Assembly (NCBI GenBank): GCA_016176785.1
Contig: JACOWN010000006.1
Location: 1 to 56,719, forward strand
Reading direction: 5' to 3'
Length of the DNA stretch: 56,719 nt
Source: Parcubacteria group bacterium
Lineage (GTDB): Bacteria; Patescibacteriota; Minisyncoccia; Phycocordibacterales; UBA2135
Numbering within the stretch: the stretch's first letter is position 1; every line of letters begins with the position of its first letter. Positions 49,717 to 56,719 of the stretch are shown here, piece after piece. Under the pieces are notes generated by a model. The model did not search any database, was not told the DNA's origin, and saw nothing but the letters and a program-made list of their open reading frames with translations. The translations under genes were made by a program, and so were the position numbers.

Positions 49717-52167
49717 ATGACAACACAACCTCTCATTCTCTGGTTTGAAAACGCTTCTCGTGAACACGTCTCTCTTGCCGGCGGCAAGGGCGCGAACTTG
49801 GGCGAGATATACCGGCGCGTGGCATCGCTTAATGTGCGGGCAACGAACGGTTTTATCGTAACGACAGCTGCGTGGCACGCGTTTCTTGACGCCAACGCGG
49901 GACTCCGCGAAAAAATCGTTGCTCACCTCTCGCATATTGACTTTGAAAAGCCCGAAACGCTCCAGACCTACAGCTCATATATCTGGAACGACCTGGCCAA
50001 CGGCGCCGTGCCCCCCGAGGTCGTTCGTGCGATCGAGGAAGCGTATGACGCTTTGGGCGCTTTTTACAACCTCCCGTACGTTGACGTCGCCGTCCGCTCC
50101 TCGGCCGCGCAGGAAGACAGCCATAGCGCGTCCTTTGCCGGCCAGCATAAGACCTATTTGAATATCCGCGGGAAGCATAGCGTCATTGAGCATGTCCACC
50201 AATGTTTCGCGTCGTTCTTTACCGAACGCGCGATCTCGTACCGCCACGAAAAAAATCTCCTCGCATTTCCCGACGATGGCATTGCGGTCTTGGTGCAGAA
50301 GATGGTGCGTTCCGACAAAGCCGCAAGCGGCGTCGCATTCAGCCACGAACCGCTGACGCAAGCGCCGTATCTCGTTTCCATCCAAGGAGCGTGGGGACTC
50401 GGCGAAGCGATCGTCAGCGGCTCAATGACGCCCGACTCGTTCACGGTCATGAAGTCGCCGCAGGCGGGTAAATGTCTCGTTATTCAGGACAAGACCCTCG
50501 GTTCAAAACTGCGCAAGATCGTTTATGATTACCGCGACCGCGGGTCGGTGCGGGAACTGCCGACGTCAGACAACGAACGGTCCTCCTTCTGTCTCTCCGA
50601 CGACGAGGTCAGAGATCTGGCGAGCGCCATTATCGCGATCGAGCGATATTACGGCTACCCCGTTGACGTTGAATGGGCAAAAGACGGCGACGGCGCGGAG
50701 ATCGGCACAGGGAAACTCTTCATCGTGCAAGTGCGTCCGGCGACGTCGCTCCGCGACCCGCTTCGCATTGAATCGGTGCGGGTGGCGCGCGGGCATCAGC
50801 CATCCGTGCTTTTGTCGGCAATGAGCGCAAGCCCGGGCGCAGCGGCCGGAAAAGCGCATTTCATTGAGTCGCCGCATGAACTTCATGTGTTCAAGCGAGG
50901 CGGTGTGCTTCTCGCGCGGAAAACGGACCCTGATTGGCTTCCGGCGATGCGTATTGCGAGCGCCGTAGTAACGGACGAAGGCGGCAAGACGTCGCACGCG
51001 GCGATCGTTGCGCGCGAACTCGGTATCCCGTGCATTGTCGGCGCCGGCAACGCGACGCGCGCGCTTGACGGCCGTGATATCACCGTTGACTGCAATCACG
51101 GGGAAAAAGGACTCGTGTATGACGGCCTGATACCGCTTGAAAAAGACGACATTGACCTTCGTCCAACCATTGAACAGAAAAAGAAACTCATAACGAGAGT
51201 GATGTTCATCTTGGGAGACCCGCTTTCGGCGCAGTTGTTCCACTTTTACCCGAATGACGGCATCGGTCTCGCGCGGCTTGAGTTCATTTTGGAAAACCTC
51301 GTGCAGATCCACCCGCGCATCGCGGTCGGCGAGAAAATTTCCGAGCTTTCAGGCGAGGAACGGCGGCGTCTCGCCGCTCTTGCCGCCGGCTATCCGAACG
51401 TGCGGGAGTATTTCATTGAAAAACTCACCGACGGCATCGCGCATCTCGCCGCGGCGGTTCACCCGTCGCCGGTCATCGTCCGCTTTTCCGACTTCAAGTC
51501 AAACGAATACCGCGGGCTCTTGGGCGGGCGGCTCTTTGAGCCCGAAGAGGAGAACCCAATGCTTGGTTTCCGCGGCGCATCCCGCTACTATGACGCCTCG
51601 TATCGCAACGCGTTCCAACTTGAATGCGAGGCGGTGTGCCGCGCGCGCAATGACCGCGGGTTTGAAAACGTCGTTGTCATGGTCCCGTTCTGCCGGACCG
51701 TGGAAGAGGCGCGGCTTGTATCGCAGGAAATGGAGAGCGGCGGACTCAAGCGCGGCGACAACGGGCTTATTTCCTACATGATGGTTGAGATACCGTCCAA
51801 TGTGCTCCTTCTTGAACGGTTCGCGGAGTATTTTGACGGCTTCTCCATCGGCTCAAACGACCTGACCCAGCTTACGCTCGGCGTTGACCGCGATTCGGGC
51901 GCGCTCGCGCGCGTCGGCGATGAACGGAACGACGCGGTGCGTATGTTGATCAAGTTGGCTATCAAAAAAGCGCGCGCGCTCGGCAAGCCGATCGGTTTGT
52001 GCGGACAGGCGCCGTCTAATTTCCCCGAGTATGCGGATTTTCTCGTTGAGTGCGGCATTACTTCCATTTCCGTCATGCCGGACGCGATCCCGCAAACGAT
52101 AGCGAACGTATTGAAAGCGGAAGAAAGAGTCGGGCGCGCGAAACCAACTCCGCGCGAATGGCGATAA
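49717..52167 (+). CDS. ppsA: Phosphoenolpyruvate synthase
   Basis: GGKGANLGE, VAVRSSA, SFAGQ, GGKTSHAAIVARE, EENPMLGFRGASRY, GSNDLTQ, CGQAPS. Confidence 0.96.
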   Translation: MTTQPLILWFENASREHVSLAGGKGANLGEIYRRVASLNVRATNGFIVTTAAWHAFLDANAGLREKIVAHLSHIDFEKPETLQTYSSYIWNDLANGAVPPEVVRAIEEAYDALGAFYNLPYVDVAVRSSAAQEDSHSASFAGQHKTYLNIRGKHSVIEHVHQCFASFFTERAISYRHEKNLLAFPDDGIAVLVQKMVRSDKAASGVAFSHEPLTQAPYLVSIQGAWGLGEAIVSGSMTPDSFTVMKSPQAGKCLVIQDKTLGSKLRKIVYDYRDRGSVRELPTSDNERSSFCLSDDEVRDLASAIIAIERYYGYPVDVEWAKDGDGAEIGTGKLFIVQVRPATSLRDPLRIESVRVARGHQPSVLLSAMSASPGAAAGKAHFIESPHELHVFKRGGVLLARKTDPDWLPAMRIASAVVTDEGGKTSHAAIVARELGIPCIVGAGNATRALDGRDITVDCNHGEKGLVYDGLIPLEKDDIDLRPTIEQKKKLITRVMFILGDPLSAQLFHFYPNDGIGLARLEFILENLVQIHPRIAVGEKISELSGEERRRLAALAAGYPNVREYFIEKLTDGIAHLAAAVHPSPVIVRFSDFKSNEYRGLLGGRLFEPEEENPMLGFRGASRYYDASYRNAFQLECEAVCRARNDRGFENVVVMVPFCRTVEEARLVSQEMESGGLKRGDNGLISYMMVEIPSNVLLLERFAEYFDGFSIGSNDLTQLTLGVDRDSGALARVGDERNDAVRMLIKLAIKKARALGKPIGLCGQAPSNFPEYADFLVECGITSISVMPDAIPQTIANVLKAEERVGRAKPTPREWR

Positions 52168-52232
52168 GAACCATCCATCCCGCCAACGGCGGGATTTTTT
52201 ACTGGCTCATCGGGGCAGGGTCCGAGGAATCT

Positions 52233-52547
52233 CTATTGCAGTAACAATACGGCGGCGACAACAAGGAGAAAAAAGATAAGCCATGCCAGAGTAGCGAGGA
52301 GCAGCGCGAGGGCCTCTTTTTTAAGACCGGCCAGATAAAGATGGAGCGGTTTCCCCAGTACCAGAAGGCCGGTAACGGTAGCCGATATGATAAAGAGAAG
52401 GAGCATAAAGACGGGGATAAACAACATATCCTCAATATCTCCAAAAATCCCTTTTGTGTTTGAAAGAAACAACGCTATCGCGGATACATAGATAAAAACA
52501 CCCGCGGCGTTGATAAAACTTTTCAAAAAATACTCTGATTTTTCCAT
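52233..52547 (-). CDS. Small 3-TM membrane protein
   Basis: Hydrophobic segments; LLLFIISATVTGLLVLGKP. Confidence 0.7.
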   Translation of the reverse strand: MEKSEYFLKSFINAAGVFIYVSAIALFLSNTKGIFGDIEDMLFIPVFMLLLFIISATVTGLLVLGKPLHLYLAGLKKEALALLLATLAWLIFFLLVVAAVLLLQ

Positions 52548-52570
52548 AAATTCTTTGCGTAGGTGCGCAA

Positions 52571-52641
52571 TGGACCTGGGGGGAATCGAACCCCCGCTTC
52601 GGCAATGCGAATGCCGCGTAATGCCACTTTACTACAGGCCC
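52571..52641 (-). tRNA. tRNA-Ala(CGC)
   Basis: G3:U70 pair; CGGCA-TTCGCAT-TGCCG; GTTCGATTC. Confidence 0.95.
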
Positions 52642-52669
52642 TTCAACCGTCGTTCCGTCAATTACATAT

Positions 52670-52852
52670 TTTGTCCGTACGCCGATCGGAGTGCCGGGAT
52701 ATCTCACATCTCGGAAACCCACGGTTTTCCGACCCTCGTTCCGCGCAAAGCGCGGGACTCGGTGCCTTCCTCCACGGGGAACTCCCGTTCCCCGACCCCC
52801 TCCCGTTCGATTCTGCAGGGACTTTGTCCGTACGCCGATCGGAGTGCCGGGA
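52670..52852 (-). mobile_element. tRNA-Pro-associated 123-nt structured element between 30-bp direct repeats
   Basis: TTTGTCCGTACGCCGATCGGAGTGCCGGGA at 52670-52699 and 52823-52852. Confidence 0.65.
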
Positions 52853-52909
52853 ATCGAACCCGGTCTACACCCTCCCGAAGGGTGCGTACTACCGGTATAC
52901 TACACTCCG
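52839..52909 (-). tRNA. tRNA-Pro(CGG)
   Basis: CGGAGTG...CACCC-TTCGGGA-GGGTG...GTTCGATTC...CACTCCGA. Confidence 0.95.
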
Positions 52910-52945
52910 AAAATTTTAATGCGGGGTCTCGTCATTGTTCCCCGA

Positions 52946-53019
52946 TGGGCACTACAGGGCTCGAACCTGTGACCTTACGCGTGTGAAGCGTACGCTCTAG
53001 CCAGCTGAGCTAAGTGCCC
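52946..53019 (-). tRNA. tRNA-Val(CAC)
   Basis: GGGCACTTAGCTCAG...TACGC-TTCACAC-GCGTA...GTTCGAGCC. Confidence 0.95.
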
Positions 53020-53168
53020 CTCGTTTCGCACAAAGAATAGCAAAAAGTTTGCAATTTCACAAGAAAAAATCCCGCTGTCGGCGAGATGGGGTGAGTTCTT
53101 TTAAAAACAAAAAACGGCGCCGAAACGCCGTTACTGTTCCCCCAACGCGACTTCCATTCTTACGCGTC

Positions 53169-54491
53169 TTATGCGGAAAATCCGAGGTTCCGGCGTTTGT
53201 GCTGTTCAACGGCAAGCCGCAGAGAGTCGTAACGCTCGCCAAAGACAACGCCAAGCCGCTCCTTGTTCTGCGAACGGAGAAAACCGTCAAGCGCTTCCAT
53301 AAACTGCGCCCATCTGAGATCGGCACTGCCCGTGTATCCCATGGAGATACGAATGAGCCCGCGCGAGATGCCCGCATGCTCAAGGTCATCATCCGAAAGC
53401 TCGCTTGATGTTGAACTCGCCGAGCACGACATGAGCGTGTCGTGGTATCCCAAGCTGACGGCGATGTAGCCGAAGCCGACACGCTGGAGAATGTTGAGAA
53501 ATTGCTCCGCGAGGTCCGCCTCCTTGAGGTCTGTGTAGAGCATCCCGCCGGCGCCAAAACGCGTATTGCGGATTTTTTCAAACACGCTGAAGTTCGGGTG
53601 CGTTCTTAAGCCGGGGTACACAACGGGGATACCGATATCAAGGAGCCGCAGTGCAAACACCAGCGCATGCCTGCCGTGAGCAGCCATCCGGATGGGGAGC
53701 GTGCTCAATGCTTGATAGATGTCAAAGGCAACGCGCGGGTCCATGGTGGGGCCGGTAAGCATCAGCGGCCCTGATTGCGGGTCCATTAATTGCTGGAGCA
53801 GATCGCGGTTGCAGCAAATGACACCCGCAATGACATGCGACGTGCCGTTCACGAATTTCGTCAAACTGTGAAGCACTATGTCCGCGCCATACAGAGCGGG
53901 AGTTACGAGAAGCGGAGTGAATGTGTTGTCCACGACGAGTTTGACGCCGTGCCGATGCGCGATCTCGGCAAGACGCGGCAAATCCGCGACTACGAGTGTC
54001 GGATTGGAGAGCGTTTCCACAAAAAGCATCTTCGTATTTTTCGTGAACGCCGCCTCAACCGCTTCAAGATTCGTGATGTCAACCCAGCTGGTGGTGATGC
54101 CTGACAATCGCGGCAAAAGGCGTTCAAACAACGCGAAGGTGCCACCGTACACCGTGTTTGAGGAAACGATGTGCTCGTTTTTGCCGCACAGACCGGCGAC
54201 GACGGTAAAAATACTTGCCATTCCGCTTGATACCGGATATGCGGCTTCTGTGTTTTCCATTGCCGCGAGCATGCGGCCAAGCGCGAGCACCGTCGGATTG
54301 ATGTGCCGCCCGTAGAGATAGCAATCCTCATCAGGGCCAATTTTGCCGCCAAAAATATCCGCGAGCTTCGAAGCGTCAAGAACGGTGAATGTCGTGCTCT
54401 CTTCAATGGATGGATTGATGCCGCCGAACTCGCCGAACACATGCCGCGCGCGCGCAAGCGCTTCCGCAGGGTCAAATCTATTGAGGAACAT
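53169..54491 (-). CDS. Cys/Met metabolism PLP enzyme, methionine gamma-lyase-like
   Basis: YGRHINPT, SSGMAS, YGGT, ETLSNP, VDNTF, HSLTKF, LIRISMG. Confidence 0.88.
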   Translation of the reverse strand: MFLNRFDPAEALARARHVFGEFGGINPSIEESTTFTVLDASKLADIFGGKIGPDEDCYLYGRHINPTVLALGRMLAAMENTEAAYPVSSGMASIFTVVAGLCGKNEHIVSSNTVYGGTFALFERLLPRLSGITTSWVDITNLEAVEAAFTKNTKMLFVETLSNPTLVVADLPRLAEIAHRHGVKLVVDNTFTPLLVTPALYGADIVLHSLTKFVNGTSHVIAGVICCNRDLLQQLMDPQSGPLMLTGPTMDPRVAFDIYQALSTLPIRMAAHGRHALVFALRLLDIGIPVVYPGLRTHPNFSVFEKIRNTRFGAGGMLYTDLKEADLAEQFLNILQRVGFGYIAVSLGYHDTLMSCSASSTSSELSDDDLEHAGISRGLIRISMGYTGSADLRWAQFMEALDGFLRSQNKERLGVVFGERYDSLRLAVEQHKRRNLGFSA

Positions 54492-54640
54492 GGCGGTTTC
54501 CTCGTTTTTTTCAGTCCGATCTCAACCCAAAATACCACTAGTTTTGAATGGTGTCAAAAACAAAAACCGATGCATTAACAAATCACATCTGCCTTGTTGA
54601 AAACTTGTTGCGTGATTACTTGTATAAAAATAAAGACAGA

Positions 54641-55120
54641 TCATGACCGTAGCTTTTTGCAGCTCTTCAAGCGCTCCTCAAAAAATGAGACGGTTTTTTC
54701 CCCGAAGATATCAACCGCTTCCTTACGGTTGAGCTCCCCTTTGTTGCCATCGTAATCCCAAGCCAGTATTTGTGAAAACCGCCGACCGCCATCGTCCGAT
54801 TCATACTCATATTCATGGGTCACCTTGCCAACGGCTCGATATCTAATCCAATCTATTACTTCTTCTCTGTCACAGTAATCGTAGTGGGGACATTGCACCC
54901 CGTCAATGGTCTTGTATCCGACTATTTTCGGCCGCGTCCCAAAGAAAACGCCGAGGAGATATTCTCTTCCCCTTACATCGAAAACGGCTTTTGAAAAAAC
55001 CCTTCCTCTGACCACAGAAAAACCCAAATTTTCGGGACCATGACAAGAATCCCGTTTGTTTTTCCTGTTCTCGTTTCTCTTTTTAAGATACCGGCAAAAA
55101 TGTTGAGTCGGCATAATCAC
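54641..55120 (-). CDS. Hypothetical protein (lower GC; start uncertain)
   Basis: 159-aa ORF with no recognised motif. Confidence 0.45.
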   Translation of the reverse strand: MIMPTQHFCRYLKKRNENRKNKRDSCHGPENLGFSVVRGRVFSKAVFDVRGREYLLGVFFGTRPKIVGYKTIDGVQCPHYDYCDREEVIDWIRYRAVGKVTHEYEYESDDGGRRFSQILAWDYDGNKGELNRKEAVDIFGEKTVSFFEERLKSCKKLRS

Positions 55121-55475
55121 TCTTTAAACATCCGATGCCTAGTGATTATCGGGTGTTCAAAAAGGGAGCGGAGCGAAACAACAACGCGTTCCGCATCCGC
55201 AAGAACAAAAAGGAGGATGGTGGAAAAACCAATCGGCGGGGCTAGGCAAATGCGCGGACGCATCGCCGTACCCGCATGACACCAGACCCGAGAAACGGTG
55301 TTTCCTCGGCGGCAGCTTTCGCTTCCCCCGGCCCCCATCCGCTTATTACGCGAATTACGGGACTGGAAAAGTTTTGTTAAGCGACGATTGGATTCCCCGC
55401 CGCGACACGCTTTCACGTATCGGCGGAGGAGCCAATCGTGAATTATATGAACAAATCCTTATCCTCTTCTCTCCC

Positions 55476-55694
55476 TCAGTGCAACGCCACTGAGGTGCGG
55501 TCATACATGTCCTTCGGATGCTCGGCGCTTTCGCCGTTATGATAGGCGAGCGCCTGTTCGACGAAACGGCGCGCCGCCGCCTCGCTCTCCTCGCACCCGA
55601 TGCAAACAATTTCATCGCCGTCATCGTCGTGTCGAACGATGACGGCGGACCATTCGCCCCGCTCGGGGGAGAAGGAAACCAACGAGATGAGCAT
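55476..55694 (-). CDS. Small hypothetical protein
   Basis: Strong GGAGGAGAGGAG SD; acidic 72 aa. Confidence 0.5.
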   Translation of the reverse strand: MLISLVSFSPERGEWSAVIVRHDDDGDEIVCIGCEESEAAARRFVEQALAYHNGESAEHPKDMYDRTSVALH

Positions 55695-55954
55695 CTCTAC
55701 TCCTCTCCTCCATCATTTTCAAAAAACTTAACCTCTGTCTCCGCGCCCTATTCGCTTATTCGTACGAATAAGACGCGGAGAAAAGGTGGTCTCATTTTGC
55801 ATCCCCTTACCCCACAAAAAACTCGGGGGGTAGATGCACGGGGGAGACCAAAATTTCCCCGACCTTTGTTAAAAAAGAGAACTTCGCCCCGCGGTCTCGC
55901 CCGTGCTTATTTTTTCACACGGGTTCCCCGCTCACGCCCGGGCCGGGCGGTGCC

Positions 55955-56398
55955 TCACACGCGCCGAACCTCATAGGTGGAGATACCGGCAACAAACTGC
56001 CGGACCTCCTCGAGGGTGAGCTCGCGCCCGCGGATCTCGGGAGGAACCCGCAGGGTGACTTCGGTCACCCTCCAGGTCTCCGCCGCAAGCCAAAGCGGCA
56101 TGACGCCGATGGCGTGCTTGCCGCGGACGTCCTCGACTATCGCGTGTTCGATGACGCGGTCGTCCGCGCCGACGAGTCCCCGCTCGCGCAGGTACTCAAC
56201 AAGTGCCCGGTGGCGTGTGATGACCACCCGCTCCACCGGGACTTCGCAGACATCTCTCCACGTCTTGCGTCCCAAACCGGGGACGCTCAGGAAAGCTGCC
56301 TCGCCCATCGAGCGAGCTTGCTCGATGGTGACGCCCGCCCGCGCGAGGGCCTTCGCCAGGGCAGTAGGCGTCGTCGTCAAATTCAAATCTTTCTTCAT
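55955..56398 (-). CDS. Csx16-like (Cas_VVA1548-type) domain fused to an N-terminal RNAP alphaCTD-like HhH domain
   Basis: AGGAG SD before ATG 56398; LARAGVTIEQ...FLSVPGLGRKT; VITRHRAL...IGVMPLWLAA...RGRELTLEEV...YEV. Confidence 0.7.
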   Translation of the reverse strand: MKKDLNLTTTPTALAKALARAGVTIEQARSMGEAAFLSVPGLGRKTWRDVCEVPVERVVITRHRALVEYLRERGLVGADDRVIEHAIVEDVRGKHAIGVMPLWLAAETWRVTEVTLRVPPEIRGRELTLEEVRQFVAGISTYEVRRV

Positions 56399-56719
56399 TC
56401 TCCGTCTCCTTTGCTTGAGCCAACGACCCGGTGTCACTGGCTCAAGAGAGGTGCCCAGATTTTCGCTGAGCACAAAAAAAAAAAGAACAAAAAAATGGTG
56501 TTCGGTTCCGGCATCGCGCGATGCCGATTGGGGTGGTTTCCCTACCCTAGCCCGTGCCTACCTCCCAATACTGTAGCAGGTCACCCGAACACATGGCTAA
56601 TCGTGCTCCTTTGGTGGGGCCTTTGCAACTCCACCGCCGGTTTCCCGCATCTTGCCGGTACTGGTCACGGCGCGGGGCACAAGAGGGCCTTGCACGACAT
56701 TGCCGAACCGGACTTTGAC

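Noticed and set aside
54600..56719. CRISPR array or prophage near the Csx16-like gene
   Set aside because: No regularly spaced repeats, cas core genes, integrase or phage structural genes in the window

Overview
Core-genome window from a high-GC Patescibacteria (CPR, Parcubacteria/OD1-like) genome using the standard code 11. The lineage call is inferred from the missing rpmD, no rplA after rplK, mostly Shine-Dalgarno-free core genes and CPR-type surface proteins. Positions 1-18 kb hold the str/S10/spc ribosomal super-operon on the minus strand (rpsL-rpsG-fusA-[2 inserted genes]-tuf-rpsJ...rplO-secY-adk-map). Next come rpmB, recO, ileS (with an inserted histidine-phosphatase domain), argS, a dTTP cluster (dut, tmk, dcd, thyX), secE-nusG-rplK, HIT, pgk, tpiA, surface proteins, nusA, ppa, HU, rny, clpP and tig. 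The last 13 kb are more accessory: GIY-YIG nuclease, tRNA-Gly, serine protease, secreted paralogs, mutY-like gene, ppsA, tRNA-Ala/Pro/Val, a Met gamma-lyase-like enzyme and an alphaCTD-like/Csx16-like fusion. Four signals stand out. (1) Two ~115-125 nt structured elements sit at the 3' ends of tRNA-Gly and tRNA-Pro; both duplicate the tRNA 3' end, start with an antisense T-loop and share a GGGGTCG-stem-CGTG motif, and one lies next to a GIY-YIG gene. (2) A stand-alone Csx16-like ring-nuclease domain is fused to an RNA-polymerase-alphaCTD-like domain with no CRISPR in view. (3) Perfect palindromes occur as a co-varying intergenic pair and as in-frame (one nested) insertions in mutY. (4) A degenerate DEDDh-like nuclease is inserted between fusA and tuf. 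All family assignments come from motif recognition, not database searches.
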